A DNA stretch of 63,741 bases, counting the filler, from Chthonomonadaceae bacterium (GTDB taxonomy: Bacteria; Armatimonadota; Chthonomonadetes; Chthonomonadales; Chthonomonadaceae), in NCBI GenBank assembly GCA_035650735.1. It is 4 parts of 4 records of this genome, joined end to end, with 100 filler letters (N's around TTAATTAATTAA, not from the genome) between each part and the next. Parts side by side here need not be neighbours in the genome. Positions count along the whole stretch, not along the records: positions 1 to 13,674 come from DASRGZ010000008.1; 3 more parts are not named here. One strand, given 5' to 3'. The first letter of the stretch is position 1. Each line of letters begins with the position of its first letter. Shown in pieces: positions 1 to 9,967 of this stretch. A model generated the notes under the pieces. It saw nothing but the letters and a program-made list of their open reading frames with translations, searched no databases and had not been told where the DNA came from. A program made the translations under genes and the position numbers.

Positions 1-138
1 CGGGTAGAGTAGAATCAAGTTGGTCGGTCATGGGATTGGCTCCTTTTCTGGTCTTGGCAACCGAAAGGATACCCCATGACCTGCCGCTTACCCGCTCAGC
101 AGGCCAGACCAATTCTACAGAAAGAAGTGTACACTACC
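1..138 (-). mobile_element. Left end of an IS256-like insertion sequence, truncated at the contig start
   Basis: Identical to 13775-13912. On the minus strand it starts GGTAGTGTACACTTCTTTCTGTAG, then RBS AAGGAG and an ATG at 31 (MTDQLDSTLP...) running off the contig. The terminus resembles IS256-family IRs. Confidence 0.65.
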
Positions 139-139
139 A

Positions 140-337
140 AATTCCGAAGAAGGAATCAATGTAAACGAGAGTTCGGAACTCGCATTGCAGCGTTGCCGAA
201 TTTATCAAAATGGCCGCATGGGTGTGTATGTACGCGGCAACAGCCGAGTTAGTGTCTTCAATTGCTACCTTGATGACAACACTGGCGGGGCATGGTTTGT
301 CGAGCCTGGATCTGAATATAAAGTAATGCGCCAATGA
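140..337 (+). pseudogene. 3' fragment of a right-handed parallel beta-helix repeat protein, interrupted by the IS
   Basis: Open frame NSEEGINVNESSELALQRCRIYQNGRMGVYVRGNSRVSVFNCYLDDNTGGAWFVEPGSEYKVMRQ* with PbH1-like periodicity. Its stop lies directly before the kinase RBS (AGGAGG). Confidence 0.6.
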
Positions 338-352
338 AGGAGGACCGTGCCG

Positions 353-1669
353 ATGAGTCAGATCCTCAAACGCGGACAAACGGTACGCACTAAGTCTTCG
401 AGCCTGAGTTGCGAGGTGGAGCAGTTTCTTGGCGGCGGCGGTCAGGGCGAAGTCTATAAAGCAACGTGGGCAGACAAGCTTGTTGCCCTCAAGTGGTATT
501 TCCCACAGGCCGCTACCCCTGAACAGAAGGCCTCAATTGAGAGGCTGGTCAAAATGGGGCCGCCCAATGAGCGGTTTCTCTGGCCTATCGAACTCGTCTC
601 ATCACCGCAAGTGTTGGGATTCGGCTATCTTATGCCCTTGCGCGAGCCGCGCTATAAGAGCCTGGTTGACCTGATGAAGCGGCGCATTGAGCCAAGCTTC
701 CGCGCGCTGGCGACAGCGGGATTGAAACTCGCCGATAGTTTCCTGGCTCTGCATTCCAGAGGATTATGCTACCGGGACATCTCCTTCGGCAACGTCTTCT
801 TTGACCCCGACAGCGGCAGTGTCCTCATCTGTGACAACGACAATGTGACCGTTGATGGCGCAGGCAAGGGCGGCGTATTAGGCACTCCCCGCTTCATGGC
901 CCCGGAGATCGTGCGGGAAGAAGCCGCGCCCAGCACGCAGACCGACCTGTTCTCCCTGGCCGTCCTGCTGTTTTACCTGTTCATAGTGCATCACCCGCTC
1001 GAAGGCAAAAAGGAGGCTTCCATTCGATGTCTCGACCTACCTGCGATGACCAAACTATACGGGACGGAGCCGATCTTTATCTTCGATCCGCACAACCGAT
1101 GCAACGAACCCATTCGCGGCTATCATGATAACGCGCTCGACTTCTGGCCCCTCTACCCCTCCTTTCTGAAGGACTTGTTTACCAGAGCCTTCACGGAGGG
1201 CCTTCGCGACCCGCTGAACGGACGTGTGCGCGAGAGTGAATGGCGGGCTGCCATGATACGCTTGCGCGACGCGATCTGTTACTGCCCGCACTGCGGCAGC
1301 GAAAACTTCTATGATGAAGCTACGGCAGCGGCTGGCTCAGAACCGAGTTGCTGGCAGTGTAAGCAGGCGCTACGTTTGCCGCTGCGGCTCTGCCTCGGCA
1401 AGGCGCAGGTCATGCTAAATCACGACACTAGGCTCTACCCGCACCACACGGATGCCAACAAGCCCTATGATTTCTCTCACCCCTCAGCGCAAGTCAGCCA
1501 GCATCCTGCCAACCCCGGCGTGTGGGGGCTGAAAAACCTGACGCAAGAGAACTGGTCTATCAAAGGCACGGATGGGCTTGTCAAGGACGTACCGCCTGGT
1601 CGCAGTGTGAGCTTAATGCCCGGACTAACCATCCACTTTGGAACCCTCGAAGGCACAATCGAGCGGTAG
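353..1669 (+). CDS. Ser/Thr protein kinase, YegI/TerY-associated type, with Zn ribbon and FHA-like C-terminus
   Basis: GGGGQGEVY loop, VALK, YRDISFGN catalytic loop, DNDN in place of DFG, GTPRFMAPE, CPHC...CWQC. RBS AGGAGG; GTG at 347 is an alternative start. Confidence 0.85.
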   Translation: MSQILKRGQTVRTKSSSLSCEVEQFLGGGGQGEVYKATWADKLVALKWYFPQAATPEQKASIERLVKMGPPNERFLWPIELVSSPQVLGFGYLMPLREPRYKSLVDLMKRRIEPSFRALATAGLKLADSFLALHSRGLCYRDISFGNVFFDPDSGSVLICDNDNVTVDGAGKGGVLGTPRFMAPEIVREEAAPSTQTDLFSLAVLLFYLFIVHHPLEGKKEASIRCLDLPAMTKLYGTEPIFIFDPHNRCNEPIRGYHDNALDFWPLYPSFLKDLFTRAFTEGLRDPLNGRVRESEWRAAMIRLRDAICYCPHCGSENFYDEATAAAGSEPSCWQCKQALRLPLRLCLGKAQVMLNHDTRLYPHHTDANKPYDFSHPSAQVSQHPANPGVWGLKNLTQENWSIKGTDGLVKDVPPGRSVSLMPGLTIHFGTLEGTIER

Positions 1670-1765
1670 CAGACAACGTGATCAGTATAATACTCCCGGA
1701 AAACTGGACAGAGAACTAAGTTAAGTTTGCTGTGTCATAATCGCTAGAGAAGGAGCGGATTATGA

Positions 1766-2899
1766 ACTCACCTTACGCAGAGCGATGCTCTGGAATGGCT
1801 TGCCACAGGTAAACTGTGTGCATGGACAAGCAGCTTCTGGACATCTACTCGGATTATCTGATCTGCTCATTCGGTCTGACGACCGCCACCGGGTTATCGG
1901 CGCTCTTAGACGCCGCTCTCAGCCATGACAAGATTACCCGCTTCCTCGCCGGAAGCGACTTCACCTCCGCCGACCTGTGGCATCTGGTCAAGCCCCTGGT
2001 ACGCCAGGTACAACAGGAAGAGGCTGTTCTGATTGTCGATGACAGCATCGAGGAGAAACCCTACACTGACGAGAGCGAGTTGATCTACTGGCACTGGGAT
2101 CACTGCCTCGGACGCAGTGTCAAGGGCGTCAACTTCCTCACCTGTCTCTACAAAACCCAAGAGGTCGCCTTGCCTGTTGCTTTTCAACTGATCCGAAAGT
2201 CGGTCTGGACCACCGACAAGAAAACGGGCAAGCCAAAACGGGTCTGTCCCAAGACAAAAAACGACTACTTTCGTGAACTGCTCGCCCAATGCCTTAAAAA
2301 CCAACTGCCCTTCCGCTATGTATTGGCGGATAGTTGGTTTAGCGCGGCAGAGAACATGCTCTATCTCAAACACGAGTTGGAACAGGACTTTATCTTCCCG
2401 CTCAAAGATAACCGCAAAGTCGCCTTATCGCAGGAAGACAAATTAGCAGGACGCTACCAGGGCGTCTCGTCTGTGAAACTGGAAGAGAACGCCGTTACAG
2501 AAATCTGGCTGGAGGGGGTGGACTTCCCCCTTCTGCTCACTAAGCAGGTCTTTACAAACAAGGACGGCAGCCAGGGCGTTCTCTATCTGGTGACCAGCGA
2601 TACGACGTTGAGCGCCGCTTCTATCCAGACAATCTACCAAAAACGGTGGAAAGTCGAAGAGTATCCCAAATCGGTCAAGAGCAATGCCTGCTTTGCCAAG
2701 TCACCCACCAAGACGATCCGAACGCAGAGCAACCATATCTTCGCCTGTTTGTGGGCGTATGTGAAGTTGGAAAGTCTTCGGATCAAGACCCAGATGAACC
2801 ATTTCGCGATGAAAGGCAGGCTCTATCGGGCGGCCCTCGCCAGTGCTTATCGAGAACTTCAGGTTCTCAAAGGTATTGAGGCGGCTGCGTAAGGTGAGT
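1766..2899 (+). mobile_element. IS701/IS4-like insertion sequence
   Basis: Perfect 15-bp terminal inverted repeats ACTCACCTTACGCAG (1766-1780) and CTGCGTAAGGTGAGT (2885-2899) enclose one transposase. No clear TSD. Confidence 0.85.
1822..2892 (+). CDS. DDE transposase, IS701-like
   Basis: SHDKITRFL, LIVDDS, VLADSWF, YQKRWKVEE motifs. Confidence 0.85.
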   Translation: MDKQLLDIYSDYLICSFGLTTATGLSALLDAALSHDKITRFLAGSDFTSADLWHLVKPLVRQVQQEEAVLIVDDSIEEKPYTDESELIYWHWDHCLGRSVKGVNFLTCLYKTQEVALPVAFQLIRKSVWTTDKKTGKPKRVCPKTKNDYFRELLAQCLKNQLPFRYVLADSWFSAAENMLYLKHELEQDFIFPLKDNRKVALSQEDKLAGRYQGVSSVKLEENAVTEIWLEGVDFPLLLTKQVFTNKDGSQGVLYLVTSDTTLSAASIQTIYQKRWKVEEYPKSVKSNACFAKSPTKTIRTQSNHIFACLWAYVKLESLRIKTQMNHFAMKGRLYRAALASAYRELQVLKGIEAAA

Positions 2900-3019
2900 A
2901 AAGTAATCCTCCAAGCCGGAGGGTTTGATAAATGCTTTGTGCAGGGACGCGCCCTGTTGCCGTCGAACTAATCCCTGCCGAAAATTGAATGCGAATATCA
3001 CACAGAGGAGGGCGCTTCC

Positions 3020-4102
3020 ATGAGAACCATCAACGTCGGCCTGATCGGGTCGCAGTTTGTTTCCGATATCCACGCCACCAGCCTGCAATCCGTGCCGGGC
3101 GCAAAGATACTCGCCGCCGCCAGCCCCACCGAGGAACATATTACCGCGTTTGCCCGCCGCTTCGATATTCCGCACGCCTATACCGACTACCACAAACTGC
3201 TGGAGATGCCCGAAATTGATATGGTCGTCATTGGCGCCCCCAACTACGCGCACGCCGAGATCGCCATTGCGGCGGCGCAGGCGGGAAAGGCTATCGTGCT
3301 GGAAAAGCCGATGGCGCTGAACTTGCAGGAAGCGGACGCCATGCTCGCGGCGGCCAAGCAGGCCAACGTCAAGCTAATGTACGCGGAGGAACTCTGCTTT
3401 ACCCCCAAGTACGTGCGCCTGAAGCAGTTGGCCGATAGCGGCGCGCTCGGCGACATCTATCTGGTCAAGCAGAGCGAGAAGCACGACGGCCCGCACGCGC
3501 CCTGGTTCTGGGATGTGGAGAAGTCAGGCGGCGGCGTCACGATGGACATGGGCTGCCACGCCTGCACGTTCTTCCTCTGGTTCTACGATTGGGCCAAGCC
3601 GGAGAGCATTCTGGCCGATATGGGCACGCACGTGCACGCCGATAAGACGCAGGGCGACGATAACGCCACCATCGTCGTGACGTTTCCCGGCGGGCGCAAG
3701 GGCCTTGCCGAAGAATCGTGGGCGCGCAAGGGCGGCATGGACGACCGCGCCGAGGCGTACGGCAGCAAGGGCTGCTCTTATGCCTACCTGCACATGGGCA
3801 TCGCCTTGCAAACCTATAGCGAGGTGGGATACGATTACGTCGTGGAGAAAGCGCCCGTCTCGACGGGCTGGAGCTACACCATCTACGAGGAGCTATGGAA
3901 CTACGGCTTCCCGCAGGAGTTCCAGCACTTTGTCGAGTGCGTCCGCGACGATAAGGAGCCGCTCGTAACCGGGGAGCATGCTCGGACCACGCTGGAGATG
4001 ATCTTTGCCGCCTACGCCTCCGCCGGACGTAACGCCCGCGTCTCTTTCCCCCTCCAGACCGACGCCCGCCTGCCCATAGACCTCTGGAAACCAAACCGCT
4101 AG
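3020..4102 (+). CDS. Gfo/Idh/MocA family oxidoreductase
   Basis: N-terminal Rossmann fold, LEKPMA motif, GGGVTMDMGCH; RBS GGAGG. Confidence 0.9.
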   Translation: MRTINVGLIGSQFVSDIHATSLQSVPGAKILAAASPTEEHITAFARRFDIPHAYTDYHKLLEMPEIDMVVIGAPNYAHAEIAIAAAQAGKAIVLEKPMALNLQEADAMLAAAKQANVKLMYAEELCFTPKYVRLKQLADSGALGDIYLVKQSEKHDGPHAPWFWDVEKSGGGVTMDMGCHACTFFLWFYDWAKPESILADMGTHVHADKTQGDDNATIVVTFPGGRKGLAEESWARKGGMDDRAEAYGSKGCSYAYLHMGIALQTYSEVGYDYVVEKAPVSTGWSYTIYEELWNYGFPQEFQHFVECVRDDKEPLVTGEHARTTLEMIFAAYASAGRNARVSFPLQTDARLPIDLWKPNR

Positions 4103-4210
4103 GCCCCCGCGCGGGGCACTGTGGTGGTTTCTCCCTTCGGTCATAAAAGGGCGCTGCCCGCCGTATGTCCTGCGGACACGGTGAGGTCGGAGCCTCTGCC
4201 GCAATCCGGG

Positions 4211-6028
4211 TCAGTTTTCCGGAGCGGCTCCCTGGCCCTCGGTGACTGTATAGACCGTATCGGGGGCCAGATTAGGCCATACGTCTTTCGCCCCGCTAGG
4301 CCACTGAATTTCGACCTCCTCCACGCGCGCGGCTGGCCCTAAGCCAAAGGTCGGTTTGAGGCTGCTCTGACTGAGGAAACTGCATCCGCTTTTGACCCAT
4401 TGACGCTGTTTGAGGCCGCCCGCCTTGACGGTAATGAGCGCGCCGATGCCATCGCGATTGGACTTCCTGCCCATCAAGTGGAACCGAATCCAGTGGTGGC
4501 CCCGCGGCAGGTCGTTGCGCCAGAGGCGGGCACGCCCATTATTCTCGACGGTTAGAATGTCGAGGTCGCCGTCGTTGTCAATATCGGCGAAGGCGCAGCC
4601 GCGCAGAACATAGCGGGCACGCAGCGGTTGGCCCGACTGCTCGCCAACCTCCGCGAAGGTGCCGTTGCCGAGATTGTGATACAACAGGGGACGTTCCTTG
4701 TAGGTGATCCCGGTATTGAACTCCTCGACAAACTCCTGAATGTGTCCGTTGGCGGCAAACGCATCCTGCCAGCCGTCCAGGTCATAGTCAAAGAAGAAAC
4801 AGCCGAAGGTCAGAAACAGTAGGCTGGGCTGTCCGATCCCGGTGCGATCTGCCATGTCGGTCATCATTCCCGGCACATCCGGGGTGAAGAGGCTCAGCTT
4901 CTCATTGGAAAAGTTGCCAATGAAGAGCGCGTCGCGCCCATCGTTGTTCCAATCCGCCACGTCTATGCCCATACCCGACTTGGGATGTCCGCTTTCGCTC
5001 AGGGCGATCCCTACTTGAACCGCCTCTTCCGTAAAGTATTTGCCCTCATGGTTGATAAAGAAGGTGTTGGGCTGCCGGTCGTTAGCGATGGCGATGTCGG
5101 GCCAGCCGTCGCCGTTGAAGTCCCAGGCCGCTATCCCCCACGCCTTGCCAAGATATTCGGAAACCTGGGTGCGCACGCTGACATCGGTGAACGTTCCATT
5201 ATGATTGTTGTGATAGAGGGTATTGGGGAGGGGTTTATAGGCGTCCGGCGCGCAGTAGTCCTTTTTACCTCCCTTATTCCCGCAGAACACGTCCAGTTCG
5301 GGAGACCATTCGACAAAATTGCAGACGAACAGGTCCACATACCCGTCCCGGTCGTAATCTATCCAGGCGCAGGAGGAACTCCACTTCCATTTCAGGCCGC
5401 CATTGACCTTCATGCCCGGAACGCCCGCTCTGGCGGTCACATCCTCGAACGTGCCGTCGCCTCGGTTACGAAAGAGATGGTTGGGGCCGAGGCAGGTGAT
5501 ATAGATGTCGTCCCAGCCGTCGTTATCGTAGTCGCCGACGCAGACGCCCTGCCCGTACCCGTCCACGCGCAGGCCCGCTTTTGCGGTCACATCCTCGAAC
5601 GTGCCATCTCCGCGATTATGGTAGAGCGTCACGCGCGAGCGCGTATCGCGCGTTTTGTAGGTGGAGGTGGCGGCAGGGGCCGCGAACTGCCCGCTATTGA
5701 CCAGAAGGATGTCCTCTTTACCGTCCCGGTCATAATCCAGGAAGGCGCCACCACCGCCGGTCGTCTCCGGCATCCACTTTTTTCCGAACGCGCCGTTATC
5801 ATGGACGAAGTGGATGCCCGCCTGGTCGGTGATGTCCGTAAATTGGGCAGGCGCTCTCTCCGGCGTTCTGGCGGCGATGAGGGAGGCTTTCGGGCCAGGC
5901 GGAGAGGAGACCGTTTGCCTGGCGCTGCACCCGAAGAAGACGGCGGGCGCTGCCAACAGGGAAAGGAGCAGACATTTAGCTTTTCGGTTCATGTGTACGG
6001 AGTTTAAGGATTTCTTTCTCACGTGCAT
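4211..6028 (-). CDS. CRTAC1 family protein (FG-GAP repeats plus ASPIC/UnbV), probable lipoprotein
   Basis: Repeated DYDxDGxxD motifs, NRGDGTFEDVT, C-terminal NRDGIGA...FGLG...IQWPSG, lipobox-like VFFGC. Confidence 0.9.
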   Translation of the reverse strand: MHVRKKSLNSVHMNRKAKCLLLSLLAAPAVFFGCSARQTVSSPPGPKASLIAARTPERAPAQFTDITDQAGIHFVHDNGAFGKKWMPETTGGGGAFLDYDRDGKEDILLVNSGQFAAPAATSTYKTRDTRSRVTLYHNRGDGTFEDVTAKAGLRVDGYGQGVCVGDYDNDGWDDIYITCLGPNHLFRNRGDGTFEDVTARAGVPGMKVNGGLKWKWSSSCAWIDYDRDGYVDLFVCNFVEWSPELDVFCGNKGGKKDYCAPDAYKPLPNTLYHNNHNGTFTDVSVRTQVSEYLGKAWGIAAWDFNGDGWPDIAIANDRQPNTFFINHEGKYFTEEAVQVGIALSESGHPKSGMGIDVADWNNDGRDALFIGNFSNEKLSLFTPDVPGMMTDMADRTGIGQPSLLFLTFGCFFFDYDLDGWQDAFAANGHIQEFVEEFNTGITYKERPLLYHNLGNGTFAEVGEQSGQPLRARYVLRGCAFADIDNDGDLDILTVENNGRARLWRNDLPRGHHWIRFHLMGRKSNRDGIGALITVKAGGLKQRQWVKSGCSFLSQSSLKPTFGLGPAARVEEVEIQWPSGAKDVWPNLAPDTVYTVTEGQGAAPEN

Positions 6029-7990
6029 TTAGCTTCTCTTGCTGGCAAGCAGCCGCTTCCACTGTTGTAAGTGCTGCCACTGCCCTTCCGGCTGCGCTAA
6101 TTCACCGTAGACCGTGACCATCCCCTCATGCGCCGTGAGGTTATCCGGCGAGAGAGCCAGAGCTTTCTCGAATTCACGCCGCGCCGCCGCATAGTCGCGC
6201 ATTCGCAGAAGCAGACTACCCATAGCAAGATGGGCCGCAGGGTCGCCAGGGTGCGCCTTGACCCGGCGCGAAAGCAGATCGCTCTCGACCTCCTGTTTGC
6301 GCAGGCGCTGATAATAGTCCTGCGCGCGCTGCGCCTCCCGCTCGTTGCCGAGCCGCCGATAGATCTGGTTGAGGCGGAAGTAGAGCACCTGATTTTGGGC
6401 CGCGAGGTTGGCCGAACGATGCAGAGCGACGGCAGCCTCTTCCCAGCGGCCTGCCTTCATGTAGGCCGCGCTGAGAAAGTCGTGAAGGGTGACGCTGTCA
6501 GGAGCCAACCGTTCGGCCTCTTCCAGATGCCGGATCGCTCTGTTCAGGCGATCACCCATCTCCGGGCGCAGGAGATAGGTCTGTCCCAGGGCGTAGTGGT
6601 ACTGGCTCTCGTCCGGCTTGAGCGCGATGCTCTTCTCCAGGAGTTGTTCCGCTTCATCGTAATTTCCGACCTCTAGGGCGATTTTGCCGAGGAGAAAGGT
6701 GTCGCGGTGCGCGTTCTGCGGGTCCAGCCGGGCCGCCTCTTGCAGTGCCGCGATCTGTTTGGTCACGATATGCAGCTTGGAGTAGACCTCGGCCTGCTGG
6801 CGGCGCAGGTCGGGCGCGCGCGGGTCGCGCTGAATGGCCTTTGCCAGGGCCGCGAGCGCCGCCTGATAGCGTCCCGCTTTGGTCTGCGTGCGCGCAAGAA
6901 AGGTGTATACGGAGCGGGAGTATTGTGGAGAAGCGAGCAACTGCTGAAAGTAGCGCAGGGCCGTGTCGAGTTGCCCGATATACTCATAGTACTGCCCCAG
7001 GAAGAAGGCCGTCTGCACTTTGTCGCCCTGCGCCTGGCTTGCCTGCCCCGCCCTCCACAGCAGCGCGCCCGGCTCATAGCGGAGTTCGTAGGCGCTGCGA
7101 AAGGCACGTAACGCGGCCTCCCACTCCTTACGTTCCATGCAGATCAGCCCAAACTGATAGAGGGCCGGCGCATGTTGCGGGTCGAGTTTGAGCGCGGCGA
7201 GGAGATGTTCGCGGGCCAGGAGGGTATGCGGCTCGGAAGGGCGAGCGCGCAGGGCCAGCGCCAGCGTATAGTGGGCGTCCGGGTCGTCGGGCGCGTAGGA
7301 ACAGGCTTTCTGAAGCAGAGGAATGGCTCTGTCGGCCTGTTTCAAGACGAAGTAGGATTTGGCAGCCAGAAGGTATCCCTGCGGGCGCGTGGGGTCGGCG
7401 TTCTGGGCCTGCGTAGCCCATTGGACGGAGCGGGGGAACTCGCCAAGACGGGCGTAGGCTTCCGCAAGCGCTTCCAGCATAGGCGCTGCCGGGCGGGCGT
7501 ATCGGGCGGGCGTCTCTCTGGGGGCGCTGGATCGCAGCGTCGCTTCCGCGCGCTGAAGGGTGCGCAGCGCCTCCGCGCGCCTGCCGATAGAGCGATAGGC
7601 CGTCGCCAGGCTGATGTAGGTATTGAAGAAAGCAGGCTCCCGCTGAATAGCCTTCTCGTACTCCGCGATGGTATCGGTGACCCAGCCGAGTTCTCCCAGA
7701 GAGCGGCCCAGGATACGGTGCGTTTCGGCGGTATCGGCCCCGGAGCGCAGGGCGGCATCGAGTATCTCGACGGCCTCCAGCCAGCGGCCCTGCTCGGCGC
7801 GTTCCCTGCCTGTCGTCAACAGAGTGCTGGCCGTCGGGATAGAAACCGCGACCGGTTTGCGCTTGAGCGCAACGATATAAGGCCGGGTGATCCCCCAGGC
7901 GACTGCTGTGCAGACCAGCATTCCCAGCAAGATACGCAGGCGTTTGGGATTTGCGGAGGATTGGTTGGTCGAGGCGATAACGTGTTTCAT
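6029..7990 (-). CDS. Tetratricopeptide repeat protein with N-terminal membrane anchor
   Basis: Many TPR-like helices (AHYTLALAL, ALYQFGLI, YHYALGQTY). Abuts the CRTAC1 gene. Confidence 0.85.
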   Translation of the reverse strand: MKHVIASTNQSSANPKRLRILLGMLVCTAVAWGITRPYIVALKRKPVAVSIPTASTLLTTGRERAEQGRWLEAVEILDAALRSGADTAETHRILGRSLGELGWVTDTIAEYEKAIQREPAFFNTYISLATAYRSIGRRAEALRTLQRAEATLRSSAPRETPARYARPAAPMLEALAEAYARLGEFPRSVQWATQAQNADPTRPQGYLLAAKSYFVLKQADRAIPLLQKACSYAPDDPDAHYTLALALRARPSEPHTLLAREHLLAALKLDPQHAPALYQFGLICMERKEWEAALRAFRSAYELRYEPGALLWRAGQASQAQGDKVQTAFFLGQYYEYIGQLDTALRYFQQLLASPQYSRSVYTFLARTQTKAGRYQAALAALAKAIQRDPRAPDLRRQQAEVYSKLHIVTKQIAALQEAARLDPQNAHRDTFLLGKIALEVGNYDEAEQLLEKSIALKPDESQYHYALGQTYLLRPEMGDRLNRAIRHLEEAERLAPDSVTLHDFLSAAYMKAGRWEEAAVALHRSANLAAQNQVLYFRLNQIYRRLGNEREAQRAQDYYQRLRKQEVESDLLSRRVKAHPGDPAAHLAMGSLLLRMRDYAAARREFEKALALSPDNLTAHEGMVTVYGELAQPEGQWQHLQQWKRLLASKRS

Positions 7991-8209
7991 CAGGATGTTT
8001 CAAGCATAGGGGCAGCCCCCATAAAATTGTGGTTTGAGGTGGTGCGTTGGAGACAAAATCCCTTTTGAGCACAGCAGCCGCAATCCGATAGCAACGTTTG
8101 TGTGTGAGCGTTTGCAGGAGAATCCTAGTTTCGTGAGGTGCCGTCGGAAGAGCGCCCCTTGCCCGGAAAAGGAGGTGGCCTCCGTGATTTCCGGGCAAGG
8201 GGCAGCGCG

Positions 8210-8443
8210 TCAGGGATTCTGTCCTCTCCGGTTCTGAATGTCCGGGGGAGGCTGGGTGCGCGGCTTGCCGGAAGCATCCGGGCCTAACATGCTGCTCATG
8301 GAGGAGATCGGCCCTCTGGTTGTGTTCTTGCGCTCGCTTTCCGGGGGAGCCGAACCGCCCAGGAACTTCCAGCCGCTCCAGAGCGCCAGCACCGCCGCCA
8401 CCGCCGCAATGACCAGCCAGAGGGTTTTGCGTGACTCGTTCAT
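8210..8443 (-). CDS. Small single-TM hypothetical protein following DUF1559 gene
   Basis: RBS CAGGAG, hydrophobic N-terminus, Pro/Ser-rich tail. Confidence 0.7.
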   Translation of the reverse strand: MNESRKTLWLVIAAVAAVLALWSGWKFLGGSAPPESERKNTTRGPISSMSSMLGPDASGKPRTQPPPDIQNRRGQNP

Positions 8444-8470
8444 AGTTATGTATACTCCTGTTGGTCCGGT

Positions 8471-9268
8471 CTATTCGGAGGTGCAGAAGGTCGCCTGGCG
8501 GCCCTTGAATCGAGGCTCCAACCCGGAGATATAGTTCGGATTAGCGACCAGGTTGAGAGGCTTCCCGCTTGGACCGACGTCTACGCCCCATCCATCGTTC
8601 GGCGGGCAGGGTTCGACGTTATCCGGGCGCAGCCACTTGGCGTGACCGTCGAAGAAGACGTAGTTCCCGCCACGATTGTGGTGGGTGTCGCCGTAGGCCA
8701 TCTCATTTTCACCCCACCAGCCTGTGTAGGAGTCCTGGATGGGCGTCGTGCGGCCTTCATCGGCTCCGACCGCTTCGTGAACGCCGACGGTGCGGGCCAC
8801 GTTGACGATCTCCGCATCGTTCATCGAAGGATGCAGCCAGGTGCCGGGAAGGGGCTTGCGCTCATCGAACTGAATGTTGCGGTTCGAGGTCATGCTCTGG
8901 ACGGTTCCGTCCAGGTGCGCCTTGGGATAGTCGGGAGGAGTGGGGTAGGGATCGGACGGACATTTGCGAATTTGATTGTTCTTCGTGTACGGGTCAATCG
9001 CTCCGGCATAGTAGCGTCCGTAGGCCGGGTCGCCGATGTGGTTTTCATCTCCGTTCCACCAGACGGGCCAGTAGCCATCGGCATCTTGCTTATACATCTC
9101 CAGAGCCAGGCCCACTTGCTTAAAGTTGCTGAGGCAGGAGGTGGCACGCGCTTTCTCGCGGGCTTGCGCGAAGACCGGAAACAGAATGGCGGCCAGAATC
9201 GCGATAATCGCGATGACGACGAGCAATTCAATCAAGGTAAAACCTGCTTTTTGGGGTCGCGGTCTCAT
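8471..9268 (-). CDS. DUF1559 prepilin-type N-terminal cleavage/methylation protein with H-X9-DG motif
   Basis: [33 protein letters not shown] and [16 protein letters not shown]. Confidence 0.92.
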   Translation of the reverse strand: MRPRPQKAGFTLIELLVVIAIIAILAAILFPVFAQAREKARATSCLSNFKQVGLALEMYKQDADGYWPVWWNGDENHIGDPAYGRYYAGAIDPYTKNNQIRKCPSDPYPTPPDYPKAHLDGTVQSMTSNRNIQFDERKPLPGTWLHPSMNDAEIVNVARTVGVHEAVGADEGRTTPIQDSYTGWWGENEMAYGDTHHNRGGNYVFFDGHAKWLRPDNVEPCPPNDGWGVDVGPSGKPLNLVANPNYISGLEPRFKGRQATFCTSE

Positions 9269-9640
9269 GGTAATAGCAACTCCCTTCAAAGGAAGAGGAT
9301 AAAGGTCGCAGCAGCTAGCGCTGCCGCAACTCTATCGGATTAGGAATGCTCTCAAAGAGAGTATTTTAACTCAAGTTGCTACCTTGCCTCTTCGAGAAGG
9401 CAAACGGTGATGCAAAAGCCGGTTTCCAGAGCGATTCTCTCTCAAACGTGTTCCTAGGTAGCAACTTGGGTTATTTTATCAAACGCTGCCAGCAGTTCCC
9501 CGGCTTGAGCCTCAGAGCGGTAGGCCGCAAAGCAGTCCTGCATTCCCCGGTCGGAAGCCTGTTACTTTTCGGCTCCGACCATCGGGAGAAGAAAACTTGC
9601 CGCATAGGATGCGTAAAGGGCATCAAGTCAGGTGGCATCA

Positions 9641-9913
9641 TCACTCTGTCTTGTGTTGTCCTCCTTTCTCAGCACCTGGTTTGCCCGCCTCCGCGCCTTT
9701 GGCAGGCGGCGTTCCCCCTTTGGCCTCCGCGGCTTTCCTGCGTCCTGCGGCAGGTGGGCCGCCCATCCTGGGCATCGCAATACCGGCTGGCGGCCCTGCA
9801 TTCGAGGGGGATAGGCCCGTAGGCGGAGCCAGTGTGCGGGAATAGCTGTAATAGGCGGCGAGGATAGCGCACACGACGAGAACCAGAGCCGCCAGCACGC
9901 GAAGGGTCTTCAT
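9641..9913 (-). CDS. Small single-TM hypothetical protein
   Basis: RBS GAGGAG, TM helix, then a low-complexity Pro/Gly/Ala/Lys tail. Confidence 0.65.
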   Translation of the reverse strand: MKTLRVLAALVLVVCAILAAYYSYSRTLAPPTGLSPSNAGPPAGIAMPRMGGPPAAGRRKAAEAKGGTPPAKGAEAGKPGAEKGGQHKTE

Positions 9914-9967
9914 AATCTCCTCTTCCTACCGTGAAATGGGGCGAAGCCGGTTGCCTCTGCATTCTAA

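Noticed and set aside
134..379. 81-aa minus-strand ORF
   Set aside because: Antisense shadow of the plus-strand beta-helix gene fragment.
8008..8145. Possible IS/MITE remnant (GGCAGCCCCCATAAAA ... TTTCGTGAGGTGCC)
   Set aside because: Inverted match is too weak and no TSD is evident.
9398..9422. Possible sigma54 promoter or riboswitch upstream of the DUF1559 gene
   Set aside because: The -24 GG is missing on the relevant strand and no riboswitch structure is supported.
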